Assembly (NCBI GenBank): GCA_963709345.1
Contig: CAVPVX010000004.1
Span: 200,914-264,913 of the forward strand
Reading direction: 5' to 3'
DNA from: an uncultured Actinomycetes bacterium
Lineage (GTDB): Bacteria > Actinomycetota > Thermoleophilia > UBA2241
Length of the DNA stretch: 64,000 nucleotides
Shown here piece by piece: positions 17,842 through 27,230 of the stretch; the first letter of the stretch is position 1; each line of letters opens with the position of its first letter. Below the pieces are notes generated by a model, which saw only the letters and a list, made by a program, of their open reading frames with translations, did not search any database and was not told where the DNA came from. A program made the position numbers and the translations under genes.

Positions 17842-18783
17842 GTGACCGACGAGCACGAAAGCCGGCCGCCGGCCGCAGGCGAGCGGCCGGCCGCCCCCGG
17901 AGAGATGCTCTCCGCGCGCCGCTCCGCCGCGGGGGCGGCGGCGCTGGTCGTCGTCCTCGCCGTCTCCATCCAGACGGGCTCGGCTCTTGCCGTGCGCGTC
18001 ATCGAGTCGGTCGGGGTCATCGAGGCGCTTTGGTTTCGCACCGCCTTCGCGGCGCTGATCCTGGTCGCCGTCAGGCCGCGCGCTTTGCGTCTGCCGGCCC
18101 GCGGTCACCGCCTTCCCGTGGCGGCGCTGTCGGTCACGATGCTGCTCATGAACCTGAGCTTCTACGGCGCCATCAGCCGGGCGCCCGTCGGCATCGTCGT
18201 GGCGATCGAGTTCGTCGGTCCGCTGGCGGTCGCGGTTCTCGGCAAGCGCCGTCGCCTCGACTGGCTGTGGATCGTCCTGGCCGGCGTGGGCGTCGTCGTC
18301 CTGGCCGGCCCTGCCGGGGGAGCGAGCGGGTGGGGCGTCGTCCTGGCTCTCGGCGCCGGCACGTTCTGGGGCATCTACCTTCTGCTCGCCAAGCGATCCG
18401 TCACGGGTCTCGACCCTTTCTCCGTGGCGACGCTGATGATGGTGGGTGCGGCGATTCTGATCACGCCCGCGTTTCTCGTCACCGGCGTGCGCATCGCCGG
18501 CCACTGGGAGGCGATCGCTCTCGGCATCGTGATCGCCGTCGTTTCGTCGGCGTTCCCGTACTTCCTCGAGCTGGTGGCGATCCGCCGCGTGCGTGCCGCC
18601 ACCTACGGCGTTCTGCTGAGCATCGAACCGGCTGTGGCGGCGCTGGCCGCGCTCATCGTGCTCGGCCAGCGGATCTCGGCGCTGGAGGCGGCGGCCATGG
18701 CTGCCGTCATGGCCGCCGCCGCCGGCGCCAGCTGGACGAGCGGCGGCGCCGCCGAGGCAGGGGTCGACCTGCCGGCGCCCTGA
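17842..18783 (+). CDS. EamA/DMT-family transporter (10 TM)
   Basis: Two EamA-like repeats with characteristic hydrophobic periodicity (e.g. AIEFVGPLAVAVLG; SIEPAVAALAALIVLG). Confidence 0.8.
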   Translation: MTDEHESRPPAAGERPAAPGEMLSARRSAAGAAALVVVLAVSIQTGSALAVRVIESVGVIEALWFRTAFAALILVAVRPRALRLPARGHRLPVAALSVTMLLMNLSFYGAISRAPVGIVVAIEFVGPLAVAVLGKRRRLDWLWIVLAGVGVVVLAGPAGGASGWGVVLALGAGTFWGIYLLLAKRSVTGLDPFSVATLMMVGAAILITPAFLVTGVRIAGHWEAIALGIVIAVVSSAFPYFLELVAIRRVRAATYGVLLSIEPAVAALAALIVLGQRISALEAAAMAAVMAAAAGASWTSGGAAEAGVDLPAP

Positions 18784-18854
18784 ACGGGGCGTGCGCCCCG
18801 TCCCGCCGACTCGCGGTAGAATCGTCTCACCGTCATCACGAAAGGAGCCCCCAG

Positions 18855-19532
18855 TGGCCAGCCTCAAGGGCAGCAAGACCGAGCAGAACCTCCTCAAGGC
18901 GTTCGCCGGCGAGAGCCAGGCGCGCAACCGCTACACGTTCTACGCCAGATCGGCGCAAGCAGGAAGGCTACGAACAGATCGGCGCGATCTTCCTCGAGAC
19001 CGCCGAGCACGAGCGCCAGCATGCCAAGCGCTTCTTCAAGCATCTCGAGGGCGGCGTGGTCGAGATCACCGCCTCGTATCCTGCCGGCCCGTTCGAAGGC
19101 AGCACGGCACAGCACCTCGCCGACGCCGCCGCCGGCGAGCACGAGGAGTGGGTAGATCTGTATCCGGCCTTCGCCGAGGTCGCCCAAGCGGAGGGCTTCA
19201 AGGACGTGGCCACCACCTTCCGCATGGTCGCCAAAGCCGAGGCGATGCACGAGGCGCGCTACCTCAAGCTGCGCGGCCAATGTGGAGGAGAGCGCGGTCT
19301 TCGAGAAGCCGGAGAAGGTCCGCTGGATGTGCCGCAAGTGCGGCTACATTCACGAGGGTCACCAAGGCGCTCCAAGGTCTGCCCGACCTGCACGCACCCC
19401 CAGGCCTACCAGAATACGCGGCGACTTTGCGAGTCGACCGACGTGGCCTGGCCGACGGCTCGCCGTCTCGCCGGGCCGCCGGGGACGAGACGGGGCGGGA
19501 GGCCGGAAGGGCCGCCCGCCCCGTCGCCGTAA
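18855..19532 (+). pseudogene. rubrerythrin (ferritin-like diiron domain + C-terminal rubredoxin-like CxxC...CxxC), disrupted by at least three 1-nt indels
   Basis: Frame A (GTG 18855, RBS AAAGGAG) reads VASLKGSKTEQNLLKAFAGESQARNRYTFYARSA. Frame B continues KQEGYEQIGAIFLETAEHERQHAKRFFKHLEGGVVEITASYPAG...EWVDLYPAFAEVAQAEGFKDVATTFRMVAKAEAMHEARYLKLRGQ. Frame C reads VEESAVFEKPEKVRWMCRKCGYIHEGHQ. Frame B then resumes with KVCPTCTHPQAYQ. The junctions are near 18953 (extra C in GCGCAAGCAGG), 19277 and 19372. The C-terminal end is uncertain. Confidence 0.6.
19489..19525. terminator. GC-rich hairpin between the convergent rubrerythrin(+) and nifU-like(-) genes, copy 2 of the repeated hairpin
   Basis: GACGGGGCGGGAGGCC-GGAAG-GGCCGCCCGCCCCGTC: a 16-bp stem with one A/G mismatch and the same GGAAG loop and core as 11827..11863. 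Confidence 0.5.
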
Positions 19533-19566
19533 GGGCGCCGCGGCGCCGTGCGACGCGCGGCGGTCC

Positions 19567-20370
19567 CTACTCGAGCACCACGAACGCGTCCGCAGTCAGC
19601 TCGTATTCCTCGTCTTCGTTCAAGTCGTGCACGCGTATCCGCTCGAGCTCGCCTTCGCCGAGCAGCTCGAGCGGCTGCGCCTCAGCCAGGATCTTGACGT
19701 CGCTGAGGCGCAGGGCCGAGCGCACCGCGGGGCTCACGCTCGGCTCCTTGCCGGTCGTCATCAGCACTACGCGCCCGGTGTGGTCTGTGAGGTCCATGGC
19801 CAGCTGCGCGGCGTGGTCGCCGGTGTCGAGCACGACGACACGTTGGTCGGCGAGGTCGGCGAGATCGTCCACCTTGCGGTAGAGACCCTTGCTCTCGTAG
19901 TCGTCCAGCTTCTGGATCTCGATCTCCGCAACGGCTGCCGGGACTGGGTGGCACGACTTCTCGATCGGCGTCGTGGTCGCGTCCTCCGGCTTGATGCCCT
20001 CGCGCCAATTCTTGATCGCCTCGTGCAACGCATCGGCGGCCAGGTTGCTGCAGTGCATCTTGATCGGCGGCAGGCCGTCGAGTGCGTCGGCGACGTCGCC
20101 GCGACTCACCTTGAGCGCCTCGTCGAGCTGCATGCCGACGACGAGCTCGGTGATCATGCTCGAGGTCGCGACGGCGGAGCCGCAGCCGAAGGTCTGGAAC
20201 TTGATCTCCTTGATGCGGTCGTCCTCGACGTCGATGTAGATGTCCATCATGTCGCCGCAGACGGGGTTGCCCACGCGGCCGACGGCGACGTTGGGGCCTT
20301 CCAGCGTGCCCACGTTCCGGGGGTTGCGGAAGTGCTCGAGGGTCTTCTCGCTGTACTGCGTCGATTTCAT
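19567..20370 (-). CDS. NifU/IscU-type Fe-S scaffold N-domain fused to an about 140-aa C-terminal domain of unknown function
   Basis: The N-terminal 125 aa match the IscU/NifU-N fold (NPVCGDMMDIYI...FQTFGCGSAVATSS...MHCS, three conserved Cys). The C-terminal domain (CHPVPAAVAEIEIQ...VVLDTGDHAAQL...) is not recognised by me. Confidence 0.75.
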   Translation of the reverse strand: MKSTQYSEKTLEHFRNPRNVGTLEGPNVAVGRVGNPVCGDMMDIYIDVEDDRIKEIKFQTFGCGSAVATSSMITELVVGMQLDEALKVSRGDVADALDGLPPIKMHCSNLAADALHEAIKNWREGIKPEDATTTPIEKSCHPVPAAVAEIEIQKLDDYESKGLYRKVDDLADLADQRVVVLDTGDHAAQLAMDLTDHTGRVVLMTTGKEPSVSPAVRSALRLSDVKILAEAQPLELLGEGELERIRVHDLNEDEEYELTADAFVVLE

Positions 20371-20405
20371 CGTCAGGCGCCTTTCGGATCAGATGGTCGC
20401 GGCCG

Positions 20406-21647
20406 TCACGAGGTCGCGGGAGCGTGTGTCTTGTAGAGGGGCGAGAGGGCGCGGAGCCGGGCGATCACGCCGGGGAGTACGGCCATGATGCGCTCGACGT
20501 CGTCCACGGTGCTCCAGCGCCCGAAGGTGAACTCGAGCGAGCCGTGTGCCTCCTCGTGCAGCAGCCCGCACGAGATGAGCGTGTGCGACGGCTCCAGCGT
20601 CTTGGAACTGCAGGCGGAGCCCGTGGACGCGGCGATGCCCTCGTCGCGCAGCGACAGGATCATCGCCTCGCCCTCGACCGCGTCGAAGCGGAAGTGGGCG
20701 TTGTTCGGCAGCCGCTCCTCGGGGTGGCCGTTCAGGTGTGAGTCGGGGATCTCGGCCAGCACGCGCTCGACCAGTCGATCGCGGATCGCCCGGATGCGCG
20801 ACACCTCGGTCTCCATGTCCGCGCCCATGATCTCGGCCGCCGCGGCCATGCCGGCGATGCTCGCCAGATCTTCGCTGCCGGAGCGCAAGCCTCGCTCCTG
20901 GCCTCCGCCCAGCAGAACGGGTGCGATCTGCACGCCCTTCCGTACGTAGAGCGCACCGAGACCGCGGGGGCCGTACAGGTCGTTGCTCGAGAGGCTGAGG
21001 AGGTCGACCGGCACGGCGTTCATGTCGATCGGCAGCAGGCCTTCTGCGGCGACGGCGTCGCTGTGCAAGGCGATGCCCGTGCCGTCGAGCATCTCGGCGA
21101 TCGCGGCGATGGGCTGGACGGTGCCGATCTCGCTGCTTGCCCACTGCACCGAGACGAGGATCGTCTCGTCGGTGATGCGGGCGCGCAGCTTCTTCGGCGA
21201 CACGCGCCCGTACAGATCGATCGGCACGCGAGTGACGCGGAACCCGTTCTTCTCGAGGTACTTGGCGATGTTGAGGATGCTGATGTGCTCGGCCTCACTG
21301 ATGATCACGTGGTCGCCCTTGCGCTTGTTGCGCAGGGCGTAGCCGACGACCCCCAGGTTGGTGGCTTCGGTGGCCCCTCCGGTGAAGACGATCTCGCGCG
21401 GCTCGGCGCCGAAGAACGCGGCGACCCTGCCGCGCGCCTCCTCGAGCGCCTCGGTCGCCACGTCGCCCACGGTGTGCAGCGAGGCGGCGTTGCCGAACTT
21501 CTCCGTCAGGTACGGCAGCATGGCCTCGACCACTCGCGGGTCGACGGGTTTCGCCGACTGGTAGTCGGCGTAGACGACGCCGGCGCGGGCCAGCGCCTTG
21601 CCGGGGTCGGCCAGGGTGACCTGGTGGTCGGTGCTTGCGGCGGTCAC
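20406..21647 (-). CDS. cysteine desulfurase (NifS/IscS class, PLP-dependent)
   Basis: Aminotransferase class-V fold motifs: the PLP lysine region (SSEIGTVQP...HSDAVAA...), the catalytic loop SGSACSS, and C-terminal HEEAHGSLEFTFG. It is adjacent to the scaffold gene. Confidence 0.9.
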   Translation of the reverse strand: MTAASTDHQVTLADPGKALARAGVVYADYQSAKPVDPRVVEAMLPYLTEKFGNAASLHTVGDVATEALEEARGRVAAFFGAEPREIVFTGGATEATNLGVVGYALRNKRKGDHVIISEAEHISILNIAKYLEKNGFRVTRVPIDLYGRVSPKKLRARITDETILVSVQWASSEIGTVQPIAAIAEMLDGTGIALHSDAVAAEGLLPIDMNAVPVDLLSLSSNDLYGPRGLGALYVRKGVQIAPVLLGGGQERGLRSGSEDLASIAGMAAAAEIMGADMETEVSRIRAIRDRLVERVLAEIPDSHLNGHPEERLPNNAHFRFDAVEGEAMILSLRDEGIAASTGSACSSKTLEPSHTLISCGLLHEEAHGSLEFTFGRWSTVDDVERIMAVLPGVIARLRALSPLYKTHAPATS

Positions 21648-21657
21648 CGGCCCGCCC

Positions 21658-22020
21658 TCAGAACCACATCGTCGCGTCGGCGTCCAAGGCGAGGTCGTTG
21701 AGCGTCGCCGCGCCGACGATCTTGACGCCGTCGATCAGCTCGACCGTCTCCCAGCCGAGCATCTGCTTGGAGGCTTCGCACACGTACACCGGGATGCCCA
21801 TGTCGATGGTCTTCCGGAGCATCTCGGCGACGCTGGGGAAGCTGCCCATCTGCATCTTCTCCGCCTCGCCGGGCTTGAGCACCGTGAGACTCACGCCGAG
21901 GTAGTAGACGGCCGGGTCGATACCCATGGCCTTGGCGCTCTGGGCGAGCACGAGGGGCGAATACTGTCGCTCGGGGGAGTCGCTGGTCTGCACGTAGAGG
22001 ATGTTCTTTTCGTCGGCCAT
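21658..22020 (-). CDS. DsrE/DsrF-like sulfur-relay family protein (120 aa)
   Basis: Small alpha/beta protein ILYVQTSDSPE...VYYLGVSLTVLKPG...VYVCEASKQMLGW, the DsrE/DsrF/TusD fold with conserved Cys. Confidence 0.7.
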   Translation of the reverse strand: MADEKNILYVQTSDSPERQYSPLVLAQSAKAMGIDPAVYYLGVSLTVLKPGEAEKMQMGSFPSVAEMLRKTIDMGIPVYVCEASKQMLGWETVELIDGVKIVGAATLNDLALDADATMWF

Positions 22021-22055
22021 GATGGTCCTTTCGGCGGTCGCGGTCCGGTGGCGGT

Positions 22056-22298
22056 CTACTTGAGCCGGCGGAGCAGGATGCGCAACTCGCCGCCCTCGTT
22101 CTCGAGCTCGACGACCTCGTGGCCTGCGCGCTTGGCGAAGCGCTTCAGGTCTTCTTCGGCGGCGGGGTCGTCGGCGATCACTTCAAGCACTTCGCCGATC
22201 TCTATCGCGTCGATGTTCTCGCGGGTCTGGAAGAGCGGCTCAGGGCAGTAGAGCCCGATGCAGTCGAGTGTGCGTGCGGGCTTCGGTTCGTCTGCCAT
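22056..22298 (-). CDS. TusA-like sulfurtransferase (80 aa, CPxP motif)
   Basis: MADEPKPARTLDCIGLYCPEPLFQTRE... is the TusA signature (CPxP). A strong RBS AAAGGAGA lies 6 nt upstream of the ATG at 22298. The 5-prime part of ORF 22056..22484 is junk. Confidence 0.75.
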   Translation of the reverse strand: MADEPKPARTLDCIGLYCPEPLFQTRENIDAIEIGEVLEVIADDPAAEEDLKRFAKRAGHEVVELENEGGELRILLRRLK

Positions 22299-22596
22299 CT
22301 GGTCTCCTTTCGAGTTTGAGGAGGCCGTAGCTCTCCCTCCAGCGCTGTCTATACCCGACCAGAGCAGTTGGTATTCACCAGGCGGCCGAGCTCCCCGGCA
22401 CGGCTGGGCTTTCGCACTCGGCGTCGCCGGTCTGGCCGGGCAGACACGTACGGGTCGAGGTTGGTGCTGAGCTGTCTGTATCACTCCGCTCTGGCGTGCA
22501 GGGTCGCGCTGTCGCGGTCACTCCGCATAGCCACCGGAACGCGTCCGCGTCGATCTCGAGGCAAGTCGTCACGGTCGTCTCGTTGCGGCGACGGAG

Positions 22597-24015
22597 TCAC
22601 GCGGGAGTGAAGACGAAGCCGGCCGCGAAGACGCGCTCACACGCCGCCGCAGCGGCGGCGTCATAGCGCGTCCCGGCGCCGCTGCTCACCTCGTGCAGCG
22701 CCGCCTCGATGCCCAGTGAGGCGCGGTAGGGCCGGTGCGACGCCATCGCTTCGACGACGTCGGCAACGGCGAGGATGCGCGCCTCGAGCATCATCTCGTC
22801 GCCGGCCAGGCCGGCGGGGTAGCCTGAGCCGTCGAGGCGCTCATGATGCTGGAGGACGATGTCGGCGACCGGCTGCTCGAAGCCGATCGGTGCGAGCATC
22901 TCGCGCCCGGCCTCTGGATGGACCTTGACGAACGCAAACTCGACCTCCACGAGCTTCGACGGCTTGGCGAGGATCTGAGCCGGCACGCTGAGCATGCCGA
23001 TGTCGTGGACGAGGGCGGCGAGACGCAGGCCTTCCACGGCCACCGGCGTCAACCCGAGGGCCTCGCCGACGACCACGACGAGCTGCGTCACGCGCACCTG
23101 ATGCCCGGCGGTGTACGGGTCGTGCGCGGCGACCATCGACCCCATCGCTTCCACCGCACCCTCCACGGTACCACGCAACCGATCCGTCCCCTCGAGCAGC
23201 GCCTGCATGGCCCCGCGCCGCTCGCTGATGTCGTCGAAGACGGTGATGTAGGTGCCCGGATCGGTGCTGTAGACAGAGACGGACTGCCACGTGCCGGGCG
23301 GCTCCAGCTCGATCTCCATGGTCTCCGGGGTGCCGGTGCTCGCCACGCGATCGTACGTCCTGAGGAGCCTTGGGCCTATCTGCCGGAAGCCGGGGATGAC
23401 CGCTGATCCTGAACGGCCGATCACATCGCTGAGTCCGGTGAGGCGCTCGAATGCCGGGTTGACTTCGAGGTAGACCCAGTCGACTGGCTCGCCGGCCTGG
23501 TCGTACACGAGACGACAGTAGGCATACCCGTTCAGCAGGTTGCCGATGAGCGAGGCGTGGCGCTCCTCCGTGTCTGCCAGAGCGCGACGGCGGGCGCGCT
23601 CGTCGATGGCGCGTTCGACCATGAGCGGCAGGCGCGCCATCTTGTCCTTGAGCACGCAGTCGTCGGCGCCGTTCTTGAGCAGTTCGACGGTCGCCTCCTC
23701 GCCGATCGTGCCCGAGACGCAGATGAAGGGCGTGTTCGGCCGCGCTGTCCTGGCGAGCTCGAGCGCCTGATGAGCATTGAAGGCCGGCAGCGAGAAGTCG
23801 GCGAGGATGACGTCGTGGTCGCCGCTGCCGAGGAGCTTCTCGAAGGCGCGGCCGTTCTCGGCCACGTCGAGCTCGAGCTCGTATCCGGCGCTGCGCAGCG
23901 CCTCCGCCGTCAGCTCGGCGTCGGGGGCCGAGTCCTCGAGGCAGAGGACTCGGAGCCGCCGCGCTCGTGTGCGCTCGTCGTTCACGTCAGGGGCCGACCT
24001 GCGGCGGTCGTTCAT
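22597..24015 (-). CDS. response regulator with receiver, PAS and HD-GYP (c-di-GMP phosphodiesterase) domains
   Basis: Receiver (VLCLEDSAPDAEL...ILADFSLP), PAS (YAYCRLVYD...VDWVYLEVNPAF), and HD-GYP (AHDPYTAGHQVRV...LVHDIGM...HHERLDGSGYP). Confidence 0.8.
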   Translation of the reverse strand: MNDRRRSAPDVNDERTRARRLRVLCLEDSAPDAELTAEALRSAGYELELDVAENGRAFEKLLGSGDHDVILADFSLPAFNAHQALELARTARPNTPFICVSGTIGEEATVELLKNGADDCVLKDKMARLPLMVERAIDERARRRALADTEERHASLIGNLLNGYAYCRLVYDQAGEPVDWVYLEVNPAFERLTGLSDVIGRSGSAVIPGFRQIGPRLLRTYDRVASTGTPETMEIELEPPGTWQSVSVYSTDPGTYITVFDDISERRGAMQALLEGTDRLRGTVEGAVEAMGSMVAAHDPYTAGHQVRVTQLVVVVGEALGLTPVAVEGLRLAALVHDIGMLSVPAQILAKPSKLVEVEFAFVKVHPEAGREMLAPIGFEQPVADIVLQHHERLDGSGYPAGLAGDEMMLEARILAVADVVEAMASHRPYRASLGIEAALHEVSSGAGTRYDAAAAAACERVFAAGFVFTPA

Positions 24016-26988
24016 TGATCAGCGCCCAGAAGATGCCGAGCTTCTCGCACCGCTTCCATGAAACTGTCGAACGCCACGGGCTTGACCACGTAGGCGTTCA
24101 CTCCCAGGCCATAGCTCGTCAGGATGTCCTGTTCTTCCCGCGAAGAGGTGAGGATCACGACCGGGAGCATCCTGAGCGCCGGGTCCTCGCGGATCTCGCG
24201 CAGAACCTCGAGGCCGTCCTTGCGCGGCATCTTGATGTCGAGCAGCACGACTGCAGGATGACAGGGTGCGCGGTCGGCGAAGATCCCCTCGCAGCGCAGG
24301 TACTCGAGCGCCTCCACGCCGTCGCGGGCCACCGTGACTGCGTTCGCGAGGTTCTGTGCAGCGAGCGCCTCAAGCGTGAGCTCGACGTCGTCGGGGTTGT
24401 CCTCAGCGAGCAGGATCCCCGGGTACTCCTTGGTCACGATGTCGTCTCCTTCCGTTGCGGCAGAGAGAAGTAGAATGTCGCACCTTTGCCCGAGTGCGCC
24501 TTCGGCCCACACGCGGCCGCCGAGCCTCGTGACGATGCGATGGACGTTGGCGAGGCCGATGCCGGTGCCCTCGAACTCGCCGGCGCTGTGCAGGCGCTGG
24601 AACACGCCGAACAGCTTGTGAGCGTACTCCATGTCGAATCCCACGCCATTGTCGCGCACGAAGAAGACGTCGCCGGTCTCGTCGGTGTCGCCGTGCTCGG
24701 CGCCGACCTCGATCCGGGCCGGCGCCCTCCCGCGCGTGTACTTGACTGCGTTACCGAGCAGGTTTGCCCAGACCTGGCGCAACAGGGCGTGGTCGGCGAC
24801 AACGCCGGGGAGTGGCCCGATGGCCCACTCGATCTCGCGACCGTCGGCCTCGTGCCGCAGCGGCTCGAGGGCTTCGGCCAGCACCTCATCCATGTCGACG
24901 GCCGCGATCTTCAACTCCGCCCGCCCGGTGCGCGAGAACTGCAGCAGGTCGTCGATGAGCACGCCCATCTCGCGCACCGAGCTCGAGATCCTGTCGACGT
25001 AGTGGCGGCACTTCTCGTCGAGTCCGTCTCCCGCTCGCTCCGCGAGCAGAGCGGAGAAACCGCTGACGTGGCGCAGCGGCGCACGCAGATCATGCGATAC
25101 CGAGTACGCGAACGCCTCGAGCTCCTTATTGGCCGCGTCCAGTTCCGCCGTGCGGTCGAACACCCGCTGCTCGAGTTCCGCGTTGAGGCGTTCCACCTCT
25201 TCCTCGGCCGCCTTGCGCGTCGTGAAGTCGACGACGGTACCCTCGATCCGCTGAGACTCACCACTCTCGTCGCGCACCAGGTGAGCATTGAGCAGGACGA
25301 AGAGCCTGGAGCCGTCGGACTTCACCGCCTCAGCCATGAAGCTGCGCGCGTAGCCGTCGCTCGTGAGCAACGCCAGGTACCGGTCCCTGTCGGTGGGGTG
25401 CCGCCAGAAGTCCGGTGTGTGCTGCCCGCGCAGGTCGGCATCGCCGTCGATCCCCAGGATCCGGCAGTAGGCAGGGTTGTGGTCGAGCAGCACGCCATCG
25501 AGCGACACGCTGTAGTAGCCCTCGTCGAGCGACTCGACCGTTTCTCTGAACTTGCGCTCACTGGCGCGTAGCTCCTGCTCTCTGGCGACTCGCTCGGTGA
25601 TGTCCTCGACGATGGTGGCGAAGCGGTCGCCGCCCTGTGGCACCACCGACACCTGGAAGTGCCGATCGAGCGGCTCGAAGTAGGACTCGAAGCGGCGCGG
25701 GAGCATCTTCGTCCACGGTCCGGGAGTAGACGTCCAGGAAGGGCGCCTCCGGGGTCTCGTACGACGGCGGTTGCGAGCCGCCGCGCATCTGTTCGACCGC
25801 AGACCAATCTGGCGACATAGGCGGGGTTGACGTCGTCGACCCGGTAGTCGGTCGGATCGCCTTGCGCGATCGCGCACGAGCTCATGCATGGCGACGCCCT
25901 CGGTCATGGTCTCGAAGAGCGAGCGGAACTTGACCTCGCTCGCGACCAGTTCCGTCGTGACTTGTGATTCGCGGGCGCGCCACAGCAGCAGGGTACCTGC
26001 AGCGGCGAGCGCGACGACGAGGAGGGTGAAACCCGCCGTCAGCCAGGCGCGGCTCTCGATCGGCCCCAGCACCTCGGCGGTGTCCATCTTCGCGATGACG
26101 AACCAGCGCACGTCCGGCACCGGCTCGAGCGCGGCGATGACGGGGACGCCGCGGTAGTCGACACCCTCGACGATCCCGGTCGCGCCGCGCACGGCCATTG
26201 ACGCCGGCAGGTGCTGGTCGCTCAGCGGGCGGGTCAGCCGCAGCGCCGTATCTTTGCGGTGGCGCAGCTCGTTGAGGAACACGACCCTGTCCCCGCGCCG
26301 CTGGACGACCAGGGTCTCGCCCGAGGCGCTCTCGAGGGGCCAGTCCTGGATGAGGGGATACAGGTAGTCGTGCGGGTTGATGTGAAGGACGACGGCGGCG
26401 ATCGCCGGAGCGCCGGGCTCGTCGGCGAGCACCGGCGCCGCCATCTCCAGCCGCGCGTTTCCGGACGCGCCGAGGTAGAGTCCCGTCGTCTCGGCGCGGC
26501 TCGTGTGCAGGGTCGTGCGCACCAGCGCCCGCACCGGTATGCCCAGCGCGTGCGCCGCGTCCTCGGGCTCGCGGACCACGACCGCACCGGTGCGGTCGAC
26601 AAGCACGACGTCGACGTAGTCATAGTATTCCTGGATGGCCGCCAGCTGGGCGCGGACATCCGCCTCGGTCGCCGCTCCGCCGCGGCCTGCGAGCAGGTCG
26701 GCGACCGCGGCCGCGAGCAGTCGATCGCTGCGGATCACCTCCGCGTCGGCGCGTCGCTCACCCAGCCAGACGGAGATCTGGTCGGCCTTGAGCCGGGCGA
26801 TGGCCACCAGCGAGCCCTCGGCGGCGTGCGCGCATCGAGCGCGCCTGCTCTCGCCAAGCCCAGTACGCGAGTCCGACGACGAGGACGGCGACCACGAGGA
26901 AGCCGGCGATGAGCAGGCCTTGTCCGCGTCGTCGGCTACTCGATCCGTGCCGACCCGCTTCTCCTTGGGTCTCCCTCGACGTCCGCAC
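24012..26988 (-). CDS. hybrid sensor histidine kinase (TM, periplasmic sensor domain, PAS x2, HisKA, HATPase, C-terminal receiver) with internal frame disruptions
   Basis: The 1028-aa ORF carries an H-box (AFAYSVSHDLRAPLRHV), HATPase (DNGVGFD...GTGIGLANV) and receiver (ILLAEDNPDDVEL...VVLLDIKMP). A 60-codon garbage stretch (RARRSDRLPGRRRQPRL...TKMLPRR, about 25620..25880) sits inside a PAS domain. The correct residues are found in two other frames (ORFs 25322..25885 and 25558..25818), which implies compensating indels. The N-terminal TM helix (GLLIAGFLVVAVLVVGLAYWAW) is in a third frame (GTG 26988, RBS AAGGGGA) that joins the main frame near 26830. It overlaps the downstream RR gene by ATGA. 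Confidence 0.6.
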
Positions 26989-27067
26989 GAATCCCCTTCT
27001 CGCCGGTGGGCATCGACACTCCTCCTCACCGTACCCGGTGAGGCACGATAAGCAACGGAGTGGCCCA

Positions 27068-27110
27068 ACGGGCCTGCGGCGCAGGCCCGTTGGGCCACTC
27101 GAGCGAGGCA
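27068..27110. promoter_or_regulatory. 43-nt perfect palindrome (21-bp arms, 1-nt centre) in a divergent promoter region
   Basis: GAGTGGCCCAACGGGCCTGCG-G-CGCAGGCCCGTTGGGCCACTC. It lies between the divergent HK (-) and pyrK-like (+) genes, and is followed by an AT-rich TATTATATA (27140..27148) and a second 16-bp perfect palindrome GGTGGCCGCGGCCACC (27172..27187). Confidence 0.5.
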
Positions 27111-27230
27111 GCTGTCCCTCGCCTTGCAGGCTCGGGGGTATTATATAGAGAAGCTGACAGCGGGAGTCGCGGGTGGCCGCGGCCACCAAGGGTCGCGATC
27201 GCGTCGGGATACGAGTTCAAGGGGCTGACC

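Noticed and set aside
18030-19532. 500-aa plus-strand ORF spanning the EamA and rubrerythrin regions
   Set aside because: It is a composite. Its first about 270 codons are an out-of-frame read-through of the EamA gene (Arg-rich). Only interior segments correspond to rubrerythrin frames. It is not a single gene.
24012-24015. Possible programmed frameshift or recoding for the multi-frame genes (rubrerythrin, nfnB-like, HK)
   Set aside because: The junctions lack slippery heptamers or stimulatory structures and occur several times per gene. Decay or sequencing error is far more parsimonious.
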